In this document: positions 40,704 to 53,286 of the stretch, piece after piece
Numbering within the stretch: the first letter of the stretch is position 1
How the letters are laid out: each line of letters starts with the position of its first letter
NCBI GenBank assembly: GCA_964016885.1
Contig: OZ024740.1
Coordinates: forward strand, 69,068,001-69,132,000
Length of the DNA stretch: 64,000 nucleotides
Direction: 5' to 3'
Origin: Eledone cirrhosa
Lineage: Eukaryota
Program-made: the position numbers and the translations under genes
Notes under the pieces: generated by a model
The model's database searches: none
What the model saw: only the letters and a program-made list of their open reading frames with translations
Told to the model about the DNA's origin: nothing

Positions 40704-43491
40704 AATTCAGCGAGAATCGTATTTCGGCGGGTAGAAATAAGCGAAACGCAATTTCCGATTTGTGTTGGCAATTGCTCCATGGACCAAAGGAGACCAGAGC
40801 AATAAACATATGTTATAATGTCTATACAAACTGAGACGGCGGTTAAGAAGCTATCAACCACCTAAGCCAAAAAAAAAAAACGAAGCAAGCTAAACGGGTC
40901 AAACAAAATAAATGAATGAAATATATATATTTCTACCTAACTCGTCCCATGGACTGAGTGCTCTACCACTACGGCTATTACCTTCCAGTGTTCCACCACT
41001 ATTTACGTCTCCAGCACCGGTCAGCAGATTCTCTTCACTATGTAGAAGTTTGGCTTTTAGCAGATTCTTCACCACGTGCGAGTTTGGCTTACTACCCTGA
41101 GAGCGCTCTCTATATCCTCGTGTCCTACACAATTTTGCGTCTCATCAACGTCAGTATGGATTTATACGTTCTGGATTACTCCCTGAAGAACATTCCAACT
41201 CCCTCCAACCATGTTTACCAAAAGCTACTCCTACAAAAAGCGGAAGATTTTGTCAGACGCTTAAGAGGGCGAGCCCTAGCTTTTGACGACAAAATTACAG
41301 GCACCAACAACACCTTCAACTTGAAATCGAGAGCCTACCCCCCTAAGGTAACTGAACTTGCTCCTTTCGAGACAGACCTTCTTGACTTAGTCGCTAACAT
41401 TTCCTTTCGCAAACACACTAACACTTTCAAACGAAACTCAGAAATGATATTAAGAAATTTAGGTCTTCTAATAACACCTTCGTTCTTTCCGACAAAACTA
41501 ATAATATTTACGAAGTCGACAACACCACTTTCCGGCACCTGGCCAATAACGCTATTACTTCTAAATATAAGAAAGCTAACCCTATGGCCTACCACGACAT
41601 TAATACAGAAGCCAAGGAACTTGCCGCCGACCTTAATGTAGATAAGAAGCTACAATCTCTAGCTAAGCGGGAGGCGTTCCTCACCCTGAAAGATCACAAG
41701 GTAGACTTTACTTCTAACCCCATCTGTAGACCAATAAACCCGGTACGCACAGATATGGGGCTAGTCAGTAAGGCCATACTTAGAAACATAGTTAAGACCA
41801 TTAGTACCAAGTCCAACCTGCCCCAGTTGGAGAACAGCGACTCCGTAATTAAGTGGTTTAACTCCTTGAAATCCAAAAAAGCGAAGTTCACACAGTTTGA
41901 CATTGTCGATTTTTACCCGTCGATCTCAGAGACCCTGTTAAACAAAGTGTTGGAGTTCGCTACCACTTATACACCCGTCGATGATTTAGACAGGGAAATC
42001 ATCGCTCACTACCGGAAAACCCTCCTTTTCAACGACGGAGCAGCCTGGGCAAAGAAGTCTACAACTTCAGACCTATTCGACGTCTCCATGGGATCGTTTG
42101 ATAGTGCTGAGGTATGTGACTTGGTTGGCCTATTTAGCTTAGACATATCACGTGTTAGATTCCCAGACTTCCAAACAGGAATATACCGCGACAATTTCCT
42201 GACTCTATCGAGCCATAAAAGTGGTCACGACCTCGACCAGCTTAAAAAAATCTTAGCTTCTACCTTCAAAGAGTTAGGATTTAGGATAACAGTAGCCACC
42301 AACCTCTCTAGCGTAGATTTCTTAGACATTAATTTAGACCTTCGCACACCCACCCACAGACCCTTCCATAAGCTAAACGAGAAACTCAATTACATTCACA
42401 AGGACTCATGCCACCCTCCCACTGTTTTTAGAAACTTCGTTAAGAATATCAGTACTAGAATCTCAAACCTCTCCTCTAATAAGGCTATCTTTGACAGAGC
42501 GGCACCCTACTATAACACAGCGTTGGCTAACAGCGGGTTCTCACAACGTATCACTTACCCTCCCACTAGCAACAACACCATTAAGAAAAGTAAGCAAAAC
42601 AATAGACAAACTATCTGGTTCTCTTCTCCCTTCTCACTAAACGTTAAAACCAATGTAGGAAAAACATTTCTAGCCCTCTTAGATAGACACTTTCCCATAT
42701 GTCATAAATACCGCTCCATCTTTAAATGACACAAAGTTAAACAAGGATACTCCTGCGCTAAGAACATGAAGGACCACACCACCACCAGCCCTAGGAGCAA
42801 CACCCCACCAGGGTGCTATTTCCGTAAGCCTCAAGCTTGCCCCCTTCAACAGCAATGCAACACACCAGCTGTAATTTATGAAGCTGTGGTCTACTTCCAA
42901 CCGACCAAACGAACCACAGGAGGTCAAATCCTATGTGGGCATGGCGGAGAGCCGATTTAAGGAACGTTTCCTGAACCACCAGTCTACCTTCAGGTACCCG
43001 GACATACGTTCATCCACGAAACTCGCGAGCCACGTATGGTCCCTCAAGGACTCAAGTATAGACTACTCCATTCAATGGAAAGCCATCACTAAATCCAAGC
43101 CATATGCAAGGGGAAATCCGACGTGTGGCTTATGTACTGACGAATTTACTATTCTAAAAAGATTACGCAATAGTGATTGCCTAAATACAAGTAATGAACT
43201 TTTCACACGTTGTCCACACGTCGCCAAACACCTATTGCATAAGCACAAGGCTCCGAGCTGATTCTTTGTAATTTTATTTTCAAGCTAGAAACTTTTCTGA
43301 CTTTCGCAGTTATCTCCCTTACATCTCTCGCACGCAGTCTAGTATTGCCTGTGTGAAGCGATCGGGATTCTGCGCATGCGCGTTCGGACGGTTGTCCTTC
43401 CTGTTCTTATAACCATGCCCATTCCGAGATGAGGATCCGCTAAGGTGAAACAATTGTTGTCGGTATGGTTAACTAACTGTTGTGTAACCAC

Positions 43492-43494
<3 letters not shown>
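40704..43494 (+). mobile_element. Near full-length Penelope-like element (probably Hydra-clade type) between (TA)n runs
   Basis: Single long disrupted ORF plus UTRs; (TA)n at both ends. Confidence 0.9.
41156..43261 (+). pseudogene. PLE RT-GIY-YIG polyprotein with two frameshifts and one stop
   Basis: YSLKNIP, LKDHK, QFDIVDFYPSI, MGSFDSAEVCDLVG, YRDN (catalytic YRDD altered), VDFLDI, VIYEA..YVG, FKERFLNH, CGLC..LNTSNELFTRCPH. Confidence 0.92.
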
Positions 43495-43549
<55 letters not shown>

Positions 43550-43557
<8 letters not shown>

Positions 43558-44527
43558 ATACTTTGGGAGGGTCATGTTGCCAATAAGAAACACACGCACC
43601 AGTTGCTTTCACTTCAATTTAATTTAATATATATTTATAAATTTACAAATTTATAAATTTCTGGTTGGTTGGTTGGTTCCACAGCCAGATAGTTGTTTAT
43701 ATATATATAGTCATAGTTCTTTCGTCACACACTCTGTGACCTCTTCAGTGACTGGGGATTTCTTTCTTCGTTTCTGTGCCTTTCCTTTCTTCTATCCTAC
43801 GCCATTTTGTTTGTGTGTGGGTTGCGTGCTCAGTTTGCGCATGCGCCACATCCGGGTGTCTGTGTGTGTTTGTGTTCATTTTTCTATTTTTCTATTTATA
43901 TTTGTTTGTTTATTTATTTATTTATTGTTGGTTGGTTGTTTGTTCTATGTGTGTGTGTGTTTTCATTTTGTCTTGTGTGTGTTTTCATTTTGTGTGTGTT
44001 TTCAATTGTAAGTTGTTTGTTCTATGTGTGTGTGTGTTTTCATTTTGTCCTTAATTGTAAGTTGTGATGTTGCTGTTCCACTCATATTTTCTATTTAATT
44101 TTGGTTTTAATTATTTTATGCTTACTGCCTCTGTAATTTGCCTAAACATTGCGTCTTTCTTGTGTGTGGATTCTATTTTTATTTCTATGGTCTCTAATTT
44201 ACCCCTGTGTTCTATCTTAGCATGTTGGTAGAGCACAGATGATTCTTTACTATCTTGGAGGTCTCGCCAGTGTTCATTTATTCGTTCCCCTATACTACGA
44301 GCTGTCTCACCTATGTACACTATATTTTTGTTTCTACATTGTCCTTCAGTACAACCAACCAGAAATTTATAAATTTGTAAATTTATAAATATATATTAAA
44401 TTAAATTGAAGTGAAAGCAACTGGTGCGTGTGTTTCTTATTGGCAACATGACCCTCCCAAAGTATAACAATATCGGTTTCAACACACGATTTCAGATAAA
44501 GAATCTTGCTAAACAAATTCAGAAACG

Positions 44528-44530
<3 letters not shown>
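43550..44530 (-). mobile_element. 5'-truncated Penelope-like element (GIY-YIG at ~44110-44350) flanked by 122-bp perfect inverted repeats (43550-43671 / 44352-44473)
   Basis: VYIGETARSIGERINEH..SVLYQHAKIEH..RQITEAVSI; the arms are exact reverse complements. Confidence 0.88.
43709..43753 (-). ncRNA. Type I minimal hammerhead ribozyme (family E)
   Basis: Minus strand AGTCA-CTGAAGA-G-GTCAC agagtgt GTGAC-GAAA-GAAC-TA|TGACT; perfect stems I and II; same strand as the PLE ORF and downstream of it. Confidence 0.85.
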
Positions 44531-44573
<43 letters not shown>

Positions 44574-45029
44574 ATATATATATCCATATTAAGGACATTC
44601 ACATATTTGGCCTCCTGTAATGTCACTTTCTGATATAATATATATATATATATCCATCTCTACTACGCTGAAGTCTCACTTTATGTCGAACTCTCGTATC
44701 CCCAACATCTTACAGCGCCGTATCTTCTTTCAGATTTTAGAATAATATAACACTCGCTCCCAATAATATTTCATGTTTCAATACATTCAATTCCACTTCG
44801 TCAGTTAACGGATTTCAATGCTTTATATATATCAGGTTGGTTCCAAATTCTCCCATCTCATCCCTATTAAAATATAATTGAAGATTTTATTGATTGTGTC
44901 TTCAAATCAATATATCTAACTTTCCAGTTTCTAAATGACGTTTTCTTTCATTCTTTCTTCCTTTATTTACAATTTCTTTATCTCATGCTAAAACAACACT
45001 TTTAATTTCTATATTTTCTAATTTATTTA

Positions 45030-45136
<107 letters not shown>

Positions 45137-46122
45137 ATTGTAAGGTGTATATAATTAGACAGTCACAGATACAAATATAAGTTAGGCTGCCTTTCACGGT
45201 GTGGCTCAATAAAGAATTAATTAACCAAATAATCCTTAATCAGAGCTACATATTTCCTTTCCCTAGTCCGTATAAATCAACCACATAAATCAACCACATA
45301 AAAATCATTTAAACGAGGCTATAAGTTTAAAATGTAAATATGAAGAAATAAGATACAAATGATACATACTATCTTCCACGATGTACAGCCATGTAACATT
45401 CATCTAGTTATTTATATTAGCCTGTAGAAATTGACTAGACAAATAATTAACTACACGGAGTTAGTTACAAAATAGAAGTTTGAAGAAAAAATGCACATTA
45501 CCAAAATTCCTCTAGTTCCGACTGCCGGCAGTTTTGTTCCATTTTTCGGATATACCCGATCTTGGATCTATCCACGAGGCTTGGAACTCATCAGGATACA
45601 ACCCAGTCTGGATTAAGCTTTCTACCATGATCCCCGCCAGAAATGAATTCAAAATATCCAAGAACTATCACGTGACCAGCGGTCAAGGCAGAAAATGTGT
45701 GATTGGTGCCTGTCGGCGAGTAGGCTGGTTGCTAGAAAGTTCTTTAAACTTGCAATTTTATATATATACATATATTTAAATCCAATCGGTTTGTTGTAAC
45801 TTATTCTATTTTCTCCTCGGTTACTCACTTGCATTTGCCATTGGTCTGTCTTCCCACTCCATTCGCTTTGTTTACTTCAGTTTTCCTCTTTCATTATCTC
45901 TCTTTCTTCCTCTTTCTTCACTATCTTTTCTTTCCTTGATGTTCTTTTGATTGATAAAAGGCATTGGGCGCGCTGCTGATTGATTTAGATGTCCTGTTTT
46001 AAGCGCCTAAATATAAATGATCTAGAGTCGACAGCTAATGAAGGATTTCATCTCTTGTTTACTTCCACATTACCATCCTACACTATGTTTATAGTAACCA
46101 CACAGCCTCCTTCGTTTCTTGT

Positions 46123-46285
<163 letters not shown>

Positions 46286-47619
46286 ATTATAATAACCTAA
46301 TCTTCTATTATTTGTGTTGATTGCACTTTCAATTTGAACCCGCTGCTGTATATATATATATATATAACTTAAGTTTACCAAATTGCTCTTAAAAAGAATT
46401 TGTTGACCGGGTGGGTCATTCTGAATGAGCGTATTTGTGTGGAAATCTTTAGCTCTTAATACAACAGAAACGATGATCTTAACATCAGTAAATGATTCGT
46501 AAGGAACATTGAAATTAGGTTAGTTTCTTATTGGAAATAATATATTAATTGAAATGATGATTAAAGGAACGTTTACAAACCCATTTGGCACCAATCTTGA
46601 AACCTGAAAAACTGTTTCAATTGAAATGCTCCTGATACTTTCTTAATATCTGTGATTTTAAACGAGTAATTTTTACAAAGATTTAGCCATTATATTATGG
46701 ATGTATGCACAATTTGCCTGCAAATTGATTTTAATGGGTACAAGAATCATAGAGAGGTGGTAAGTTATCCGAAAGCTAAATCTATGATCCGATTAAGATA
46801 CCCTTCTGTCTCATTCTATTTCACTTGGATATATATGAACATGTTTATATCACCATATACCGAATCTCCTAATCGTAAATAACCGATACACGTTTTATTT
46901 TGATATATTTTCAGCTATTTCAAACAATGAAATTGCATAAAGCATGACATCAGCCGGGTGGCTGGAACAATCAAAAGGGTAAACAGTAAAGTTTCTAAAT
47001 TTCATGAGGTATAGGGAAATGGAGAATGTGTATTTGATTCATTTAGGAAAGAGTGATGTTTTTCAAATGTAAACGAATTTCATGTTAGGAAATAGGATTG
47101 TACTTATTGTAAAAAATGTGTTAATCTAAATATTGTAAAAAAGGTTTTACATACATATTATAATATGATGCTATCATAAACTTTATTTGGTGGAATCGTT
47201 AGTGGGACAGACAAAATAACATGCCAGATGAGATAAAGTGACACATCTCCCATTTATGTTTCATCATTCTGGGATCAATAAATAAAAAAAGTGGCCAATA
47301 TTATAGCAGAATATATATTGCAGAATGGATAAATGTACTATCATTTTTTCCGAATTAGCTTGTAATTGCGGTTGTTGACTCTGTAGCAGCAAATTGACCT
47401 TTATTGAGCAAATCAATGATCAAGATCATTCCAATCATGGCGATGCCGTTTGTGAAACGTTGAATCCGGAAATACATTACACAACTCTGTGTTTAACATA
47501 CTAGAGAATTTAATGGGTTGAGATGTTATCACAATTTCTAGCAGGGTAAGGGACATTGGGCTATGTACATATGTCTCTCATACTAGGCTGAATATATACA
47601 CACACGCACACACACACAG

Positions 47620-47657
<38 letters not shown>

Positions 47658-48011
47658 TTATTTATATGTATATATATATGCATGTGTGTGTGTCTGTGAG
47701 TGTCTGTGTGTGTGTGTGTGTGCGTCACTCAAAATTGTATGTGTTCTGTAACTTAATTGCTATAAATTAATGTTTTGTCTCTCGTTTTTTATTCCACTGG
47801 TTTTGCGTAATGTAATACCTTTTGACCCCATATGGATAAGCTGTAACGTTGGTGGAAACTGTCCAAGTCCATCTCAACGGCAGATTACCATGGAGTTCTG
47901 TGTCCTTCGTATGTATTTTTTATTTATTTAAAATAATTTTTCAATGTTTCCCGTTAAAGAATTGTTTTTCGTTTTGTTTGTTGGCATGACCTCTCTTAGT
48001 TACTTTCTTAA

Positions 48012-48079
<68 letters not shown>

Positions 48080-48090
48080 GGGGAGAGGGA

Positions 48091-48122
<32 letters not shown>

Positions 48123-48249
48123 ATATATATATATATATATGTGTGTGTGAGTTTGTGCGGATGTGTGTGTGTTTTTGTTTCTCTGTGTGTACATATATAT
48201 GATGTTTATATCCAGATCTGCTGCAGACGGTGCTCATTGCCAAGACCCG

Positions 48250-49065
48250 TTAGCTCAATGATTCGAACAGTCAGTCTGTATCTAAAAGATATTTCTTTCG
48301 CTTCTTCATAGTGACTGAAGGGCACATTTTTCCACCATTATTATTTTCTTTTCTTTGCCCACTTATTCCTGAGAGCAAAGTCTTCAAACAATCCTACCAG
48401 AAGCTACTGTCATCAACATATCCAGCTGGATCCCCAAGCAACACCAGCCAAGCTCATCGATGTTATCCAGCCATCATGCTCGTACTCTACCCTTGGGTCT
48501 CCTGTCGGTTGGGGTTGCCCGTAAAATCTGTCCAGCGATTCTTTCCTGAGACATTCTAAGCACATGCCCATAGTATCGGAGTTGTGCTTTCTGAATTCAC
48601 AGAATTAGTGGCTCTGCTTGGAGTGACTCTCTGATATCCGAGCTGCGGAATCTATCGAGTAACTATACTCTAAATATCCTTCGGAGGAACCCCATTTCGG
48701 TCCCTTGTATTCGCGAACGTATTCTTTCTGTTATTACCCAAGATTCATGACCACAGGTACGGGTTGGCACGAATATCGAATGCAACATAGTTAATCCGAT
48801 TTTTACGCCAAACTCCCTTCTGATTACCGAATGATGAAGCTGGTGGATTACTACACTAGGACCTGAATTTATTATACATAATTAAGTCGCCTGACTTCTA
48901 TCACTCGTGAATATTATCCCAGAACACTTGAACTACTTCAGTGAAACTCCATCCGCATGTAGAGTGCACTGCGCACTATTCCTTGGGAGTACATGGACCT
49001 CAGTTTTAGCAGCACTGGTTTTCATACCAGCCATGCAGCACTCGCCATGAGGTGTGTGCAAAGTG
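48250..49065 (-). mobile_element. RTE-clade LINE 3' fragment
   Basis: AGMKTSAAKTEV, CGHESW, EMGFLRRI, QLRYYGHVLRM, RRPKGR motifs. Confidence 0.85.
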
Positions 49066-49386
49066 TCTCTCTCTCTATATATATATATGTAAATATGTAT
49101 ATGGACGTCATCATTGCTACTGTAATGTAGGATCAAAAGAACATTAGAATATACTCCTTCCTGGATATAGTAACTTCCATTATCATTCTTAATTCAAATC
49201 CCGACGGTGTTAACTTGGTCACACATTTGTTACGGATTCGGTTATATAACCAACATGAATTTATTGTCACGTGATAATAAGCGTCTATGCAGGTATTTCT
49301 AGATTTCTAGTATTGTTGCTAAATTGGAGATTGGTATTTGCATTTATTTAGCATTATTATTCGGTTACAACAGGATTGTCTTTATA

Positions 49387-50401
49387 TCATCATTATCTAT
49401 AAAAGGCAGATTGTTGTTGTTGTGTGTGTGTGTGCATGTTCCATGTGTATACATTTGCACAATTTCAAACCGATTCGACTCAATATCTGTAAGAATGTTG
49501 TAAATGCTCTTACTTACATTAACGACTATTTACTTCTTTCAAACTCACCCACAATTACAGAAATAATCGATAAAACTAAATACATGACGCTTTCTCCCTC
49601 TAATTCAATCTGATTAACCCTCTCTACTCCCCTTAAAATTCGATAAAACTACATACATGCTGCAACTTTCTCTTATATACGCTTAAACTTACAAACTTCC
49701 TTTTGGAACGCCGAAGAAAGAAGAGAGAAAGAAATGAAGGAGAGAGAGAGAAGAGAGTGAGAGAGAGAGAGAGAGTAAACGTTTGTTTTTGAGTCGAAAC
49801 AATTATTCAAAAGCAACAGATAAATGTATTCAACGACAACAAAAATAGCATAAATATTTTTTAAAACATCTCTCAACGAACGTGGAAGAAAGAAGTATCA
49901 GTGTATTTACTATACACAATAATATCCTCTATGAGGTCACGAAACCTGCTAGAAATAGCAGCTAATTCTCCCCAATATCACACCCCTCCCTACTCTCACA
50001 AATTTAGAAAAGACATATCCTCAATAAGGTCACTTAACCTGCTAGAAACACCAACTACCTCTCACCCATATCACACGCCTCCCTACTGCCTTAAATTTAG
50101 AAAGCACACATAGATAACCATGCAGAACAACTCCATCGCAGCTCTGTTGTTCGGCTGGCATCGTCTACACGCGTGTTGCGCAAGTACTGTGAAACAATAA
50201 ATTTCAACACTTCTTTGCACAGAGATAATACCCATAGGCGAAAATACAATTGTCACTGCTAGCGCAGCTCCTGCTTCGGCAGTCCAGGTCTGCAATTCAT
50301 TCACCCAGTGCCTGGCAGACAAAAAAGTGCTCAAAAAATAGGTGGTGCAACCTAACTTTGGTAACTTACTGACCCCAAGCAACGCCAGGCTTTAATGCTA
50401 G
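49387..50401 (+). mobile_element. Putative non-autonomous Helitron
   Basis: 5' A|TC..TCTATAAAAG followed by GT-rich microsatellite; 3' CCCAAGCAACGCCAGG imperfect hairpin then CTAG|T. Confidence 0.55.
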
Positions 50402-50525
50402 TCGGTTATAAAAAGCGATGCATATCAAATGACTAGGGGCCCTCACGGATTTGCTTTCGTAGATTATGATTCAACAACGGTTTTTTCTATTGCCGTTGTT
50501 GTTATTATTATTATTATTATTATTA

Positions 50526-51575
50526 CAGCTGCATTTATCTTGCTTTAGGTTCATACGAGTTATCAACAAGTCACAACCAGTGACCTCAACTGACAACAAG
50601 GTCCGCCATGTTCAAGAAAGAACATACATACTCACACGTGCATCTTTATGTGTTTAGACTTGTGATGTACCTATATTGACAGGATCTTCCTTAGTATATG
50701 TGCAGTTCCCATTAGTACTATCTTTTGTATTTCTCCTATACGCGGGTTTCCTGGGATTTGCGATAAGTAATCATTAGACCCCTTAGGTATCATTCCTAGA
50801 GCGCCTAAAACCACTGGTATTGTTTTAGTTCTCAATGTCCACATTTTTCCAATTTTTAGCTCCAGGTCCTTATACTTGCTCAATATTTCAAATGTTTTAT
50901 AGATACATTCTTGTCTATTGGAACGGACATATCAATTAGCAGGCATACCCTCTTTTTAAAGTCCTTCAATATCATATCAGGTCTATTTGCATCTATTTTT
51001 CGGTCTGTTTGGATGCTAAAGTTCCAGAAGATTGAGATGTGATCTTTTTCAAGTATGGGAGGTGGTTGATGCTCCTACCAATTCTTTTGATGGGGCAGGC
51101 CAAAATGCTTACACATTATCCAATGTATGTATTGTGCAGCTCTTTCATGACTGTTTAGGTATTCGGTTGGAGCTATAGGACTGCACATTGAAATTATATG
51201 ATCAAATGTCTCTGGTTGTTTTTTACATACACGGCATAATGGGCTGCATCCATTTTTTATTATGTTGGCTTGGTAATTTTTTGTTGGCAGACACTGATCT
51301 TGTGCTGATATAATCAGTCCTTCAGTCTCCGATTTCAGTCCAGAGGATGCCAACCACTGAGGGGTTAAAGTTTTGTCAACATCAGGATTGTTAGCTCGTT
51401 CTGGGTATTTTCCATACAGAGGCTTTTCTTGCCATGTCTTAGCCAGTTTCTGTAGCAGTTCTTTCTTTGCAGTTACTTTTACCTGCTTTGCTTTTTCTGT
51501 GTTTTCCATTTCAGCAGTGAATGGGACTTCTGAAATTTGTAGTCCATTACTGTATCTTTGTGCATCCTTTGTAAT
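50526..51575 (-). mobile_element. 5'-truncated R4/Dong copy (family B), disrupted
   Basis: Homologous to 51617-52665; (AAT)n at both ends. Confidence 0.93.
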
Positions 51576-51616
51576 TATTATTATTAAAATAAAGAAATCA
51601 TTATTATTATTATTAT

Positions 51617-53217
51617 TTGCATTTATCTTGCTTTATGTTTATACGAGTTATCAACAACTCACAACCAGTGACCTCAAGAGACAACAAGGTCCGCCATGTT
51701 CAAGAAAGAACACACATATTCACACATGCATCCTTAGTGTTTAGACTTGTGATGTACTTATATTGACAGGATCTTCCTTAGTATATGGGCAGTTCCCATT
51801 AGTACTATCTTTTGTATTTCTCCTATACGCGGGTTTCCTGGGATTTGCGATAAGTAGTCGTTAGACCCCTTAGGTATCATTCCCAGAGCGCCTACAACCA
51901 CTGGTATTGTTTTAGTTCTCAATTTCCACATTTTCCCAATTTCTATCTCCAGGTCCTTATACTTGCTCAATTTTTCAAATGTTTTTATAGATACATTCTT
52001 GTCTATTGGAACAGACATATCAATTATCAGGCATACCCTCCTTTGAAAGTCCTTCAATATTATATCAGGTCTATTTGCATCTATTTTTCGGTCTGTTTGG
52101 ATGCTAAAGTTCCACAAGATTGAGATGTGATCTTTTTCAAGTATGGGAGGTGGTTGATGCTCCCACCAATTCTTTTGATGGGGCAGGTCAAAATGCTTGC
52201 ACATTATCCAATGTATGTATTGTGCAGCTCTGTCATGCCTGTTTAGGTATTCGGTTGGAGCTATAGGACTGCACATTGAAATTATATGGTAAATGGTCTC
52301 TGGTTGTTTTTTGCATACACGGCATAATGGGCTGCACCCATTTTTTATTATGTTGGCTTGGTAATTTTTTGTTGGCAGACACTGATCTTGTGCGGATATA
52401 ATCAGTCCTTCAGTCTCCGATTTCAGTCCAGAGGATGCCAACCACTGATGGGTTAAAGTTTTGTCAACATCAGGATTGTTAGCTCGCTCTGGGTATTTTC
52501 CATACAGAGGCTTTTCTTGCCATTTCTTAGCCAGTTTCTGTAGCAGTTCTTTCTTTGCAGTTACTTTTACCTGCTTTGCTTTTTCTGTGTTTTCCATTTC
52601 AGCAGTAAATGGGACTTCTGAAATTTGTAGTCCATTACTGTATCTTTGTGCATCTTTTGTAATGGAATATGATCTTTTGGTGCTTTCGTGTTTCAAAACG
52701 AGTTTGATCATCCAATCATGTGATTCCCTTAGATATGTGGATAATCCAATTGTTGCAGTTTTCAACGCAATGTCTAACTGGATTAACCCACGTCCTCCTT
52801 CTTTCCTAGGGAGATATATTCTATCTATGTCTGCCTTAGGGTGATGCATTCTGTGCATGGTTAAGAATTTTCGGATTTTTGTATCGAGCCTACGGATCTC
52901 TGTGCTTGACCAGTTGATGACATTGTAACTGTAGGTTACTACTGGTATGGCAAGCGTGTTTATGGCATCGATCCTATTCCTTGCATTCAATTCCGTTCTT
53001 AAGATTGCTCTGACTCTGCGGTAACATTCCTTCCTTATCCTTTCCCTCATTGTCGAGTGCTTGATTCCGTCTCCTTCACAAACACCTAGATATTTGTAAG
53101 TTTGTTCTTGATCAAGCTCTCTTATCACGTTCCCCCGATCAAGATTAATGTCTGAACTCTTCAGCAGCTTTCCTCTGGTGAACGTTGCTTTGGCGCATTT
53201 ATCCAGGCCAAACTCCA

Positions 53218-53222
<5 letters not shown>
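51617..53222 (-). mobile_element. 5'-truncated R4/Dong copy (family B) with an uninterrupted C-terminal frame
   Basis: MEFGLDKCA..YKYLG..EGGRGL..CRVC..HIISMC..RHD..RPDII..KY.DL; (AAT)n at both ends. Confidence 0.95.

Positions 53223-53285
<63 letters not shown>

Positions 53286-53286
<1 letters not shown>

Noticed and set aside
45535-45610. Minus-strand CTGATGAG..GAAA as a hammerhead
   Set aside because: No stem III or UH cleavage site, and no partner strand for stem I
49925-49955. CTATGAGGTCACGAAACCTGCTA as a hammerhead
   Set aside because: Core lacks a G, stem II cannot form, and the adjacent duplicate (~50015) lacks GAAA
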